A stretch of 64,000 bases of DNA from Piscinibacter sp. (GCA_047602365.1 JASGHM010000002.1:1631121-1695120), one strand, 5' to 3'; shown: positions 13,155 through 23,240, counted from the first letter of the stretch. Numbers and translations are program-made. The notes: generated by a model not told the origin, from the sequence alone.

Positions 13155-14459
13155 TCAACCGCCCGCCGCGGCCATCGCGCGGGCGCGCTCCAGCAGCAGC
13201 TCGCGCTCGCGCGCGTTGCGTGCCAGCGAGGCGGCGCGCTCGAACTCGGCGCGTGCCTCGTCGGCGCGGCCGAGCTTGGCGAGCAGGTCGGCACGCACAC
13301 TGGGCAGCCACTGGTACTGCTGCAGCGCCGGCTCGGCATTGAGCGCATCGACCAGGGGCAGCGCCGCCGCCGGCCCGAAGGCCATGCCCACCGCCACCGC
13401 ACGGTTGAGCTCGACCACCGGCGACGGCGAGACCTGCGCCAGCGCGTCGTACAACGCGACGATGCGCAGCCAGTCGGTCGCATCCGGCGTTCCGGCGCGG
13501 GCATGGCAGGCGGCGATGCCGGCCTGCAGCGCATAGCTCCCCAGCGGTTCGCCGCTGGCGGCGCTGAGCGACTCCGCCTTGTCCAGCGCCACCAGGCCGC
13601 GGCGGATCAGCAGCCGGTCCCAGCGGGCGCGGTTCTGCGCCATCAGCAGCACCGGCCGGCCTTCGGCATCCACCCGCGCCGCCGCGCGCGAGGCCTGCAG
13701 TTCCATCAGCGCGACCAGGCCCAGCACCTCCGCCTCGTCGGCCATCAGCTCGGCCAGCACACGACCCAGGCGCAGCGCCTCCTGGGTCAGCGCGGGGCGC
13801 ATCCAGTCCTCGCCGGCAGTGGCGGTGTAGCCCTCGTTGAAGATCAGGTAGATGACCTCGAGCACCGAGGCCAGGCGCTCGCGCAGCGCCTCGCCCTGCG
13901 GCAGCTCGAAGGGCACGCGTGCCTCGGCCAGCGTGCGCTTGGCGCGCACGATGCGCTGCGCGATGGTCGGCTCGGCGGCGAGGAAGGCACGGGCGATCTC
14001 GGCGGTCGACAGCCCGCCGAGCAGCTTCAGCGTCAGCGCCAGCCGCGCTTCGGTGGACAGCACCGGGTGGCAGGCGGTGAAGATCAGGCGCAGCAGGTCG
14101 TCGCCGATGGTGTCGGCGCGCTTCGCGTCGAGATCGTCGACGAAGTCGGGCACCACCAGCGCCTGCTGCGCCTCCAGGTCGAGGCCGATCTCCTCCAGCT
14201 TCTTCGCCAGGTTCTGGTCGCGGCGCAGGCGGTCGAGCGCGCGGTGCTTCGCGGTGGTCATCAGCCAGGCCCCCGGGTTGTCGGGCACACCTTCCTTCGG
14301 CCAGTGCTCCAGCGCGGCGATCAAGGCGTCCTGCGCCAGTTCCTCGGCGAGGCCGACATCGCGCACCATCCGCGCGACGCCGGCGACGATGCGCGCCGAC
14401 TCGATGCGCCAGACGGCGGCGATGGCCGCATGCGTGGCCGCGTGGGTGGTCTCGTTCAT
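13155..14459 (-). CDS. ECF sigma factor with C-terminal TPR extension (ECF42-type)
   Basis: AEELAQDALIAALEHWP, DDLLRLIFTACHP, TIAQRIVRAKRTL, VIYLIFNEGY and SPVVELNRAVA; about 434 aa; DGPF/YciI neighbours. Confidence 0.88.
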   Translation of the reverse strand: MNETTHAATHAAIAAVWRIESARIVAGVARMVRDVGLAEELAQDALIAALEHWPKEGVPDNPGAWLMTTAKHRALDRLRRDQNLAKKLEEIGLDLEAQQALVVPDFVDDLDAKRADTIGDDLLRLIFTACHPVLSTEARLALTLKLLGGLSTAEIARAFLAAEPTIAQRIVRAKRTLAEARVPFELPQGEALRERLASVLEVIYLIFNEGYTATAGEDWMRPALTQEALRLGRVLAELMADEAEVLGLVALMELQASRAAARVDAEGRPVLLMAQNRARWDRLLIRRGLVALDKAESLSAASGEPLGSYALQAGIAACHARAGTPDATDWLRIVALYDALAQVSPSPVVELNRAVAVGMAFGPAAALPLVDALNAEPALQQYQWLPSVRADLLAKLGRADEARAEFERAASLARNARERELLLERARAMAAAGG

Positions 14460-14870
14460 CCGGCCTGCGGCGGCACGGCCTTCGGATCCATCCAGAACAC
14501 CTCCCACTGGTGCCCATCGGGATCCTCGAATCCGTGCTGGACCATGAAGCCATGGTCCTTGCGTTCGACCGGTGCGCGGCCGCCGGCGGCGACCGCCTTG
14601 GCGACCATGCGCGTCGACCTCGGCGACGCTCTCGCAGGACAGTGCCACCAGCACCTCGGTGCTCTTCGTGGCATCGGCCACCGGCTTCTTCGTGAAGCCC
14701 TGGAAGAAGGGCTCGGCGAGCAGCATCACGAAGCTGCCGTCGCCGATCAGCATGCACAGCCCTTGCTCGTTGCTGAACTGCGGGTTGAACGAGAAGCCCA
14801 GCGCGGTGAAGAAGGCGCGCGTGCGGGCGACGTCCTTGACCGGCAGGTTGACGAAGATCTGGCGTCCCAT
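14456..14870 (-). CDS. VOC/glyoxalase family protein (apparent +1 insertion near 14609)
   Basis: QIFVNLPVKDV...FFTALGF...SCES in one frame continues as MVAKAVAAGG...HGFM...FEDPDGHQWEV in the next. Confidence 0.85.
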
Positions 14871-14881
14871 GCGTGCCTCCT

Positions 14882-15307
14882 TCAGCGCTTGCTGTGGCTC
14901 AGGCCGATCTCGCGCATGCGGTCGAGCGCAGGATCGCTGCCGAACTCTTCCAGTTCGTACAGGCGGCGCACCTCGATCTCGCAGTCGACGCCGGCCGGGA
15001 ACGGGCGCGGGAAGCGCCGCGACCATTCCATCGCCTCGTCGGGCGAACGCACCTGGATCACCGTGTAGCCGGCGATCAGCTCCTTGGTCTCGGCGAAGGG
15101 GCCGTCGATCACCTGTGGCTTGCTGCTGCCGCCCCAGCGGATGCGCCAACCTCTGGAACTCGGGTGCAGGCCGGAGCCGTCGAGCAGCACGCCGGCCTTG
15201 GCGAGTTCCTCGTGGTAGCTGGCCATGCCGGCCATCAGCTGCGGGTCGTCGGGAATGATGCCGGCCTCCGACATCGGGGTTGCCCGCACGATGATCATGT
15301 AGCGCAT
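14882..15307 (-). CDS. YciI/DGPF-family protein
   Basis: IDGPFAETKELIAGY motif; CAGGAG RBS. Confidence 0.9.
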   Translation of the reverse strand: MRYMIIVRATPMSEAGIIPDDPQLMAGMASYHEELAKAGVLLDGSGLHPSSRGWRIRWGGSSKPQVIDGPFAETKELIAGYTVIQVRSPDEAMEWSRRFPRPFPAGVDCEIEVRRLYELEEFGSDPALDRMREIGLSHSKR

Positions 15308-15355
15308 GAACGGCTCCTGCTGAAGCGGCAGGGCCCCTGCCCCGCTCATCCCCAC

Positions 15356-15382
15356 GACGAACGGCGCGACACGCTTTCGACG
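15356..15382 (-). promoter_or_regulatory. candidate ECF42-type promoter
   Basis: Minus strand CGTCGA-N16-TCGTC resembles the ECF42 -35 TGTCGA / -10 CG(A/T)C motif; lies upstream of yciI-VOC-sigma. Confidence 0.65.
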
Positions 15383-15387
15383 CCCAC

Positions 15388-15750
15388 TCAGACCGAGTCG
15401 TCGAAACAAGGTGCCAGCGCGCGCACCTCCACCGGGCACCACTGCGCCGCCGGGCAGTCGGCGGCGATCGCCAGCGCCTCGTCGCGGCTTTCCACGTCGA
15501 TCATGAAGAAGCCGCCGATCATCTCCTTGGCCTCGGCGAAGGGGCCATCGACGACCTGAACCTTGGCACCGCTGCGCTGCACGCGCGCCGCCTTGGTGTG
15601 CGAGGCCAGCGACTCCACCGCGACCAGCTGGCCGCGCTGGCGCAGCTTCTCGCCGAACTCGCGCATCGCCGCGTAGGCGGCCTCGCCTTCGGCACGGTTG
15701 CGGGTGGCCCGCTGGCCGGGCGGCTCGACGATCAGCAGCATGTAGCGCAT
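15388..15750 (-). CDS. YciI/DGPF-family protein
   Basis: VVDGPFAEAKEMIGGFF motif. Confidence 0.9.
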   Translation of the reverse strand: MRYMLLIVEPPGQRATRNRAEGEAAYAAMREFGEKLRQRGQLVAVESLASHTKAARVQRSGAKVQVVDGPFAEAKEMIGGFFMIDVESRDEALAIAADCPAAQWCPVEVRALAPCFDDSV

Positions 15751-15772
15751 AGGCCGCGAGCGTAGCCGAACT

Positions 15773-16681
15773 TCAGCCGCGCGGGTGGTGCTGGGCATGC
15801 AGCGACTTCAGCCGCTCGCGCGCCACGTGGGTGTAGATCGTCGTCGTCGAGATGTCGGCGTGGCCGAGCAGCATCTGCACCGCGCGCAGGTCGGCGCCGT
15901 GGTTGAGCAGGTGGGTCGCGAAGGCATGGCGCAACGTGTGCGGCGACAGCGGCACGTTCACGCCGCCGCGCAGCGCATGGGCCTTGACCAGCTTCCAGAA
16001 CATCTGCCGCGTCATCGGCCCGCCACGTGCGGTGACGAACAGCGCGTCGCTGGCCTGCCCCTGCAGGATGGCCGCACGCGCCTCGGCGAGGTAACGTTCC
16101 AGCCAGGCACGCGCCTCCTCGCCGAACGGCACCAGGCGCTCCTTCGAGCCCTTGCCGGTGACACGCAGCGCGCCATCGGTCAGCGACAGGTGCACCGTCT
16201 TCAGCGTCACCAGTTCGCTGACGCGCAGGCCGCTGGCGTACATCAGCTCGAGCATGGTGCGGTCGCGCAGTCCGAGCGGTGTCTCGACCTCCGGCGCCGC
16301 CAGCAACGCCTCGACCTGCGCCTCCGACAGCGTCTTCGGCACGCGCAGCGGCGTCTTCGCCGCGTCCAGCTTCAGCGTCGGGTCGGCGCCGACCAGGTGC
16401 TCGCGCAGCGCCCAGCGGAAGAAGCGCTTGAAGACGGTCAGCCGGCGGTTCGCCGAACTGGCCCGGCTGCCCTGGTGGCGGCTGATCGCGTAGGCGAGCA
16501 GATCGGACTCGGCGCTGTGCAGGATGTCGCGGCCCTGCTCGCGCGCCAGCCAGCCGGCGTAGAGACCGAGGTCGCGGCGGTAGGCCGCCAGCGTGTTGGC
16601 GGCCAGGCCGTCCTCGATCCACAGCGCATCGGCGAAACGGTCGATCGCCGCGGCGCTGGCCTGGTCAGGCGTCGGGACCAA
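15773..16681 (-). CDS. xerD: site-specific tyrosine recombinase XerD
   Basis: RDRTMLELMYASGLRVSEL, GKGSKERLVP, HTLRHAFATHLL and LGHADISTTTIYTHV. Confidence 0.93.
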   Translation of the reverse strand: MVPTPDQASAAAIDRFADALWIEDGLAANTLAAYRRDLGLYAGWLAREQGRDILHSAESDLLAYAISRHQGSRASSANRRLTVFKRFFRWALREHLVGADPTLKLDAAKTPLRVPKTLSEAQVEALLAAPEVETPLGLRDRTMLELMYASGLRVSELVTLKTVHLSLTDGALRVTGKGSKERLVPFGEEARAWLERYLAEARAAILQGQASDALFVTARGGPMTRQMFWKLVKAHALRGGVNVPLSPHTLRHAFATHLLNHGADLRAVQMLLGHADISTTTIYTHVARERLKSLHAQHHPRG

Positions 16682-16682
16682 C

Positions 16683-17654
16683 TCAGTCGAGCTGCAGCTT
16701 CTGCTGCGCGACCACCTTCTTGTAGACCTCGTACTCGGCGGCGATCTGGGCGGCGAACTGCTCGGGCGTGTTGGCGATGATCAGCGAGCCGGTGTCCTCG
16801 ATGCGCTTCTTCACCGCCGGGTCTTCCAGCGTCTTCTTCACCGCGCCGGCCACCTTGTCGACCACCTCCTTGGGCAGGCCCTTGGGCCCGTGGATGCCGT
16901 AGTAGGCCATGCGGTTCACGCCTTCCAGGCCGACCTCCTTGAAGGTCGGCACGTTGGGCAGCACCGCCAGCCGCTCCGGCGCGGCGACGACGATCGCCAC
17001 CAGGCGGCCGTCCTTGATGAAGGGCAGCGCCGAGGGCAGGTTGTCGAAGATGACCGGCACCTGGCCGGCCACCGTGTCGTTCAGCGCCGGACCGGCGCCG
17101 CGGTACGGGATGTGGGTCATGAAGGTGCCCGACAGGCTCTTGAACAGCTCGGTCTGCAGGTGGCCGATGCCGCCGGTGCCCGAACTGGCGTAGCTGTACT
17201 TGCCCGGATTCTTCTTCAGCTCGGCGAGGAAGCCCTTGTAGTCCTTGGCCGGGAAGCTCGGGTGCACGGCGATCACGTTCGGCGTCGCCGCGACGTTGAT
17301 GATCGGCGTGAAGTCGGTCAGCGGGTTGTAGGTGATCTTGGGGTTGATCGCCGGGTTGGCGGCGGTGGTCGACACCGTCGCCATGCCGACGGTGTAGCCG
17401 TCCGGCGCCGACTTGGCGATCTCGCCGGCGCCCACCGAACCGCCACCGCCGGCCTTGTTCTCGACCACCAGCGTCTGGCCGAGCGGCCCGCCGATCTTCT
17501 CGGCCACCACCCGCGCGACGATGTCGGTCGTGCCGCCCGGCGCGAACGGCACGATCAGCCTCACCGGCTTGGCCGGATAGGCCTGCGCCAGGGCCAGCGG
17601 CGAGGCCGCGGCGAGCGAGAGCGGAACGACGGCGAGAAGCATTCGACGGTGCAT
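16683..17654 (-). CDS. tripartite tricarboxylate transporter substrate-binding protein (Bug family)
   Basis: [32 protein letters not shown] and [10 protein letters not shown]. Confidence 0.92.
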   Translation of the reverse strand: MHRRMLLAVVPLSLAAASPLALAQAYPAKPVRLIVPFAPGGTTDIVARVVAEKIGGPLGQTLVVENKAGGGGSVGAGEIAKSAPDGYTVGMATVSTTAANPAINPKITYNPLTDFTPIINVAATPNVIAVHPSFPAKDYKGFLAELKKNPGKYSYASSGTGGIGHLQTELFKSLSGTFMTHIPYRGAGPALNDTVAGQVPVIFDNLPSALPFIKDGRLVAIVVAAPERLAVLPNVPTFKEVGLEGVNRMAYYGIHGPKGLPKEVVDKVAGAVKKTLEDPAVKKRIEDTGSLIIANTPEQFAAQIAAEYEVYKKVVAQQKLQLD

Positions 17655-17692
17655 GGACCTGTTCTCCTGGGTTGGGAAGGGCAAGTGTAGGG

Positions 17693-18283
17693 TCAGCTCT
17701 GGCCGAGCAAGCCGGCCTTGAGCTTCTTGTCGACGGGGTCGCCGCCGATGAAGATCTTCAGCACGCCGGTGTAGAAGGTCTCGCCCTCGTAGGGCTCGCC
17801 CTGCAGCTTGCCGTTGACGCTGAGCAGCAGGCCGCGCCCGGGCAGGTAGTCGAGGTCGACCACGTCGCCCTTCTTCAGCGTGACCAGCGCGCTGACGCTG
17901 CGATCGAAACGCTCCATGCGCTCGCGCAGCGGTGCGCGCTCGGCCTCGCTGAGGTTGCGCCGCATGCCCTTGTCGAAGGCCTTGACGAACTCCTTGGCCT
18001 CGACCTCGACCATCATCTTCATGCGCAGCCGCTTCGCGCCCTTCTGCACCAGCACCGCGTCGGCGCTGGTGACCTTCTCGGGCAGGTAGAGGCCGGCCGC
18101 GTAGCCCTTCAGCCAGGCCACCGCGCGCAGCCCGGTGCCGTTGAGCAGCAGCTCGGTGTCGGCCAGGCGGATGCGGTCGTCGAAATGCTGGCCTTCGATC
18201 TCCGCGGCGCGGGCCGGCAGGAGCACGACGGCCAGCAGCAGGGTCAGCAGCAGGCGAATGAGTGGCATCGGGGCTTGGTGCAT
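17693..18283 (-). CDS. chalcone isomerase-like secreted protein
   Basis: Signal peptide; LLLNGTGLR and C-terminal [18 protein letters not shown]; start could be 18268. Confidence 0.8.
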   Translation of the reverse strand: MHQAPMPLIRLLLTLLLAVVLLPARAAEIEGQHFDDRIRLADTELLLNGTGLRAVAWLKGYAAGLYLPEKVTSADAVLVQKGAKRLRMKMMVEVEAKEFVKAFDKGMRRNLSEAERAPLRERMERFDRSVSALVTLKKGDVVDLDYLPGRGLLLSVNGKLQGEPYEGETFYTGVLKIFIGGDPVDKKLKAGLLGQS

Positions 18284-18411
18284 GGTCGGCGGCAGAGGTT
18301 CCCGGACCGTCCCTCAACGTGCATGCTGCACCAGTCGCCGACCGGCCGGGCTGTGGATTCCACGCACAGGGTCGGCCCGGAGATGCCCGGCGCGGCTGGC
18401 ACACTCACCCC

Positions 18412-19314
18412 ATGCCCGACGCGCTGTTGCTGCTGCCCGACTTCACGCTGATCGTGATCGGCTGGCTGCTGTGCCGCCACACGCCGCTGAACCGCCCGGT
18501 GTGGGATGGCGTCGAGCGCCTGGTCTACTACCTGCTGTTCCCCGCCCTGCTGTTCAGCGCCATCCTGCGCTACCCGCTGCAGCCCGCAGCCGCGGCGGCG
18601 CTGGCCGGCTGCGGGCTCGGCGTGGTCGGGCTGGGCATCGTGCTGGCCTATGCGCTGAAGGCCTGGCCCGGCGTCGATGCGCGGCTGCACGCCTCGGGTG
18701 CGCAGGTCTCGTTCCGCTTCAACTCCTACGTCGCGCTGGCGCTGGCCGAACGCCTGGCCGGCATCCAGGGTGTCGCCTGGGTGGCCTTGCTGGTGGCGCT
18801 GTGCGTGCCGGTGTGCAACATCGCCGCGGTGTGGCCGCTGGCCCGCCACGGCGGCCACGGCTTCTGGCGCGAGCTGGCGAAGAACCCGCTGATCGTCAGC
18901 ACCGCCGCCGGGCTGGTCTGCAACCTGGTCGGGCTGCGCCTGCCCGACCTGGCGACCACCACGCTGGTGCGCATCGGCGCGGCGGCGCTGCCGCTGGGGC
19001 TGATGGCGGTCGGCGCCGGACTGACCTTCGGTGGACTCAAGCGCGCGCCGGTGCTGGCGGCGGCCTTCCTGACCATCCGCCACGCGATTCTGCCGGCCAC
19101 CGCGATAGCTCTGACGATGTGGCTGGGCATGCCGCCGGCGCAGCAGGCCATCGTGGTCGCCTTCGCGGCGCTGCCGACCGCCTCGAGCGCCTACGTGCTG
19201 GCGGCTCGCATGGGCGGCGACGGCAGCTTCGTCGCCGGCCTGGTCACGCTGTCGACGCTGATCGGCATGGCCGGGCTGCCACTGGCGCTGCTGATCGCGC
19301 AGGCGCTGCGCTGA
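18412..19314 (+). CDS. AEC (auxin efflux carrier) family transporter
   Basis: VERLVYYLLFPALLF, KNPLI and ALPTASSAYVLAARMGGD; multiple TM helices. Confidence 0.88.
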   Translation: MPDALLLLPDFTLIVIGWLLCRHTPLNRPVWDGVERLVYYLLFPALLFSAILRYPLQPAAAAALAGCGLGVVGLGIVLAYALKAWPGVDARLHASGAQVSFRFNSYVALALAERLAGIQGVAWVALLVALCVPVCNIAAVWPLARHGGHGFWRELAKNPLIVSTAAGLVCNLVGLRLPDLATTTLVRIGAAALPLGLMAVGAGLTFGGLKRAPVLAAAFLTIRHAILPATAIALTMWLGMPPAQQAIVVAFAALPTASSAYVLAARMGGDGSFVAGLVTLSTLIGMAGLPLALLIAQALR

Positions 19315-19370
19315 GGATGCGCTGGCGGCCCTGAGCGGCCGTTGAAGACCTCGCTCGGACTCTTGCGCGA

Positions 19371-19607
19371 GCCTGGGCCGATGGGTGAAGGCTTGCGCTC
19401 ATGTCCCCCGGGCTCGCTGCGCGAGCCCTCCTCCTTGACTTCGCTCCAGCCTTCGCCCACCGCCCCCGGCCGGCACCGTTGGCGCACTGCGAAGACCTCG
19501 GTGGTGCCCGAGCGGCGCGCTGGAGCTTGTGTGGAGCGAAGTAAAGGGGGAGGACCCGCGCAGCGGGTCCGGAGGACATGAGCGGAACACGAGCCCCAGT
19601 GTGCCGC
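19371..19607. repeat. nested inverted-repeat element (REP/REPIN/MITE-like or structured RNA)
   Basis: 53-bp cores at 19396-19448 and 19532-19584 are inverted copies (46/53 identical); each has an internal hairpin and sits inside its own flanking inverted repeat. Confidence 0.75.
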
Positions 19608-19653
19608 GACCGCTCCACCCGGCGCAGGATCGAACGGCCGCAACGAGCCGGAA

Positions 19654-20743
19654 TCAGCCTGCCTCTAGAGCCAGTGCCCAGTCGACATGTTCGCGCAGCA
19701 GGTCACTGCCCTGCCCGCGCGCCGCTTCCAGCGCAGCGCGGATGCCCTCGTCGACACCAGCGCGCAGCGCGTTGCCCATCGCCACCGCCAGGTTGCGCTG
19801 CCAGCGGGCGTGGCCGATGCGGCGGATCGCGCTGCCCTCGGTGCGGCGCAGGAACTCGGCCTCGTCCCAGCGCCACAGCGCGAGCAGCGTCGCGCTGCCC
19901 AGCGGCTCGCGCGTGTCGAAGTCGGGCAGCGTGCTGCGCTGCGCGTACTTGTTCCATGGGCAGGCGAGCTGGCAGTCGTCGCAGCCGTAGATGCGGTTGC
20001 CGATCGCTTCGCGCAGTTCGACCGGGATCGCCCCGTCGTGCTCGATCGTCAGGTAGGAGATGCAGCGCCGCGCGTCGAGCCGGTAGGGCGCGACGATCGC
20101 CCGCGTCGGGCAGACATCGATGCAGGCCGAGCAGCTGCCGCAATGGCCGTCGACCGGCGGCGTGAGCGGCAGCGCCAGGTCGACGTAGATCTCGCCGAGG
20201 AAGAACATCGAGCCGCCGTCGCGGTGCAGCGTCAGCGTGTGCTTGCCGCGCCAGCCGATGCCGCTGCGCGACGCGAGCTCGACCTCCAGCACCGGCGCCG
20301 AGTCGGTGAAGACACGGTGACCGAACGGGCCGACCGCCACGGCGAGTCGCTCGGCCAGGCGCTGCAGACGCTGGCGCAACACCTTGTGATAGTCGCGACC
20401 GCGCGCGTAGATCGACAGCGCGGCCTGGCCCGGCTGGCCGAGGCGTTGCCACTCGATCGCCTGCCAGCCTTCGGGCGTGGCTGCGCGGCAGGTAGTCCAT
20501 GCGTGCGGTGATCACGCGCACCGTGCCGGGCACCAGCTCGGCCGGCCGCGCGCGCTTCAGGCCATGCGCGGCCATGTAGTCCATCGAGCCGTGGAATCCG
20601 TTGTGCAGCCAGGCGAGCAGGCCCGCTTCGGCGGAACCCAGGTCCACGTCGGCGACTCCGATCTGGGAAAATCCCTCCGCCTCGGCCCAGCCGCGCAGTT
20701 GCGCGAGCAGGGCCGGCCCGTCCAACTCGCGATCGATGTCCAT
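19654..20743 (-). CDS. queG: epoxyqueuosine reductase (apparent +1 insertion at 20479-20480)
   Basis: N-half GFHGSMDYM...PGTVRVITARMDY; C-half GRDYH, CGSCSACIDVCPT, DARRCISYLTIE and IYGCDDCQLACPWN; divergent from tsaE. Confidence 0.92.
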
Positions 20744-21208
20744 TTGACGATTCTAGGAAGCCGCACGCTGCACTGGGCCACCGAGGCCGACTGCGAGGCC
20801 GCCGCGCAGGCGCTGGCCCGGCGCCCCGCACTGCGCGACGCCTATGTCGAACTGCATGGCACGCTGGGTGCCGGCAAGACCACCTTCGCCCGCCACCTGC
20901 TGCATGCGCTGGGCGTGACCGGTCGTGTGAAGAGCCCGACCTACGCAGTGATGGAACCCTACGAGCTGCCCGGCGGCATGGTCTGGCACTTCGACTTCTA
21001 CCGTTTCAACGACCCGCAGGAGTGGGAAGACGCCGGCTTTCGCGACATCTTCGCCAGCCCGGGGCTGAAGCTGGCCGAATGGCCCGAGAAAGCCGAGGGC
21101 CTGCTGCCGGCACCCGACCTGCGCGTGGACATTGAGCCGCTGGAGGGCGACACACGTCGCGTCACGCTGGCCGCCGTCACGCCGCGCGGCCTGGAGCTGC
21201 TGGCATGA
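20744..21208 (+). CDS. tsaE: tRNA t6A biosynthesis ATPase TsaE
   Basis: GTLGAGKTTF, VKSPTY, HFDFYR and EWPEK; TTG start is inferred. Confidence 0.93.
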   Translation: MTILGSRTLHWATEADCEAAAQALARRPALRDAYVELHGTLGAGKTTFARHLLHALGVTGRVKSPTYAVMEPYELPGGMVWHFDFYRFNDPQEWEDAGFRDIFASPGLKLAEWPEKAEGLLPAPDLRVDIEPLEGDTRRVTLAAVTPRGLELLA

Positions 21209-22527
21209 CGACCCGGCGCAACGCTCTGTGCACCATGGGCTCGCTGGTGCTGCTGCTCGGCACGGCCGAGATCGCCCGCGGCGCGAGCATCGTCGCGGTG
21301 CGTGTCTGGCCGGCCGACGACTACACCCGCGTGACCATCGAGTCCGACACCGCGCTGAGCGAGAAACACTTCGTCGCGCAGAACCCGCACCGGCTGGTGA
21401 TCGACATCGAGGGCCTGGAACTGAGCCCGACACTGCGCGAGCTGGTCGGCAAGGTGCGGCCCGACGACCCGTTCATCGAAGGCGTGCGCGTCGGCCAGAA
21501 CCAGCCGCGCATGGTGCGCCTGGTGATCGACCTGAAGCAGGCCACCGCGCCGCAGCTGTTCACGCTGGCACCGGTGGCCGCCTACCAGCACCGCCTGGTG
21601 TTCGACCTCTACCCGACGCAGGAGCGCGACCCGCTGCTGGCGCTGGTCAACGACAAGGCACGCGCCGAGCAGCAGGCTGCGCAGGCGGTGCAGGACGCGC
21701 TGGGCGAGTTCATCGGCCGCGTCGACAAGCCGGGGGCCGCGAAGCCCGCCGCCTCGGCACCGCCGCTGCAGACGCCGGCGCCGCCCGAAGCGCCGAAGAT
21801 CGCCAAGGGCAAGATCGACCGGCTGATCGTCGTCGCGCTCGACCCCGGCCACGGCGGCGAGGACCCCGGCGCCGTCGGCCCCAGCGGGCTGCGCGAGAAG
21901 GACGTGGTGCTGGCCGTCGCGCTGCAGCTGCGCGACCGCATCAACGCCCGCCCGGGCATGCGCGCGATGCTGACGCGCGACGCCGACTTCTTCGTGCCGC
22001 TGCAGGACCGTGTGCGCAAGGCGCGACGCGTGCAGGCCGACCTGTTCGTCTCGATCCACGCCGACGCCTTCATCACGCCGCAGGCGCGCGGTGCCTCGGT
22101 GTTCGCGCTCAGCGATGGCGGCGCGTCGAGCAGCGCGGCGCGCTGGCTGGCCGACAAGGAGAACGCGGCCGACCTGGTCGGCGGCATCAACGTCAAGAAC
22201 CGCCATGCCGACGTGATGCGCACGCTGCTCGACATGAGCACCACCGCGCAGATCAAGGACAGCCTGCGCATCGGCGGCGAGGTGCTGGGCCAGATCGGCA
22301 AGGTCGGCCGGCTGCACAAGCCGCGTGTCGAGCAGGCCGGCTTCGCAGTGCTGAAGGCGCCGGACATCCCGTCCATCCTGGTCGAGACGGCGTTCATCTC
22401 CAACCCGGAGGAAGAACGCAAGCTGCGCGACCGCGACTACCAGGCCAGGTTGGTCGAGGCGCTGGACAGCGGCATCGCACGCTACTTCGCGCGCCACCCG
22501 CCACTGGCGCGCAACCGGCAGATCTGA
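21205..22527 (+). CDS. amiC: N-acetylmuramoyl-L-alanine amidase (AMIN + Amidase_3)
   Basis: RR-containing signal; LDPGHGGEDPGA, SIHAD and LVETAFISN. Confidence 0.92.
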   Translation: MTTRRNALCTMGSLVLLLGTAEIARGASIVAVRVWPADDYTRVTIESDTALSEKHFVAQNPHRLVIDIEGLELSPTLRELVGKVRPDDPFIEGVRVGQNQPRMVRLVIDLKQATAPQLFTLAPVAAYQHRLVFDLYPTQERDPLLALVNDKARAEQQAAQAVQDALGEFIGRVDKPGAAKPAASAPPLQTPAPPEAPKIAKGKIDRLIVVALDPGHGGEDPGAVGPSGLREKDVVLAVALQLRDRINARPGMRAMLTRDADFFVPLQDRVRKARRVQADLFVSIHADAFITPQARGASVFALSDGGASSSAARWLADKENAADLVGGINVKNRHADVMRTLLDMSTTAQIKDSLRIGGEVLGQIGKVGRLHKPRVEQAGFAVLKAPDIPSILVETAFISNPEEERKLRDRDYQARLVEALDSGIARYFARHPPLARNRQI

Positions 22528-22543
22528 GCGGAGCGCGCGCCGC

Positions 22544-23236
22544 TCAGGCGGTCTTGCGCGGCGCGGGCTCGGGCGCCAGCGCATCGCGCAGGCGGTCGCG
22601 GCCGCTGCCGCGGCCCGACAGGCGCTCGTCAAGCCGCGCCTGCAGGCCGTCGATGTGCTCGCGCATCAGCTGCCCGGCGCGGGCCGTGTCGCCCGCCGCG
22701 AGGGCGGCGACGATCGCCGCGTGGTCCTCGTTGGAGTCCTGCGCCTCGCTGGTCGACTGGTACAGCGCCGCCGCCAGCGTGGTGCGCGCCGACAGGTCGA
22801 CCATGGTCGCGGTGAGGAAGCGGTTGCCCAGGCATTCGGCCAGGCAGACGTGGAAGTCGGCCAGCAGCACGCTGCGCGTCGCCGCATCGGCTGCGGCGAT
22901 CGCGCGCTTCTCCTCGGCGACATGGGCGCGCAGCCGGCGCAGCACCGCCTGCAGCGGCTTGCCGGCCTCGCGCAGCATGCCCGGCTCGATGACGCGACGC
23001 GCCGCGTAGGTCTGCTGCGCGTCCTCGAACGAGGGCTCGACGACGAACCAGCCCAGCCGCGGCCTGACCTCGACGAAGCCGCGCGCCTGCAACTGCATCA
23101 GCGCCTCGCGCACCAGCGTGCGGCTGACGCCGAACAGGCCGGCGAGCTCCTGCTCGCCGAGACGGTCGCCGGGGCGGATCTTGCGCGCCAGGATCGACTC
23201 GACGACCCGGCGCGCGATCGGCGACATCGTCTGCAT
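22544..23236 (-). CDS. GntR/FCD family transcriptional regulator
   Basis: PGDRLGEQELAGLFGVSRTLVREAL HTH; FCD-like FH...EDHAAIVAAL. Confidence 0.9.
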   Translation of the reverse strand: MQTMSPIARRVVESILARKIRPGDRLGEQELAGLFGVSRTLVREALMQLQARGFVEVRPRLGWFVVEPSFEDAQQTYAARRVIEPGMLREAGKPLQAVLRRLRAHVAEEKRAIAAADAATRSVLLADFHVCLAECLGNRFLTATMVDLSARTTLAAALYQSTSEAQDSNEDHAAIVAALAAGDTARAGQLMREHIDGLQARLDERLSGRGSGRDRLRDALAPEPAPRKTA

Positions 23237-23240
23237 CGCG

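Noticed and set aside
13155-15149. Apparent 664-aa VOC-sigma factor fusion
   Set aside because: It arises from the single-base insertion near 14609. The VOC C-terminus is intact in another frame and ends with an ATGA overlap at the sigma start.
15773-16681. Tyrosine recombinase as a prophage or island integrase
   Set aside because: Its size and motifs match chromosomal XerD; I saw no att repeats, phage genes or compositional shift nearby.
19371-19607. CRISPR array or small CDS in the AEC-queG spacer
   Set aside because: There are only two inverted units, no repeat-spacer periodicity and no cas genes; the short ORFs lack an RBS and recognisable motifs.
20461-20500. Programmed frameshifting in queG or the other broken genes
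   Set aside because: I saw no slippery heptamer or stimulatory structure, and the same +1 pattern in five unrelated genes points to sequence error.
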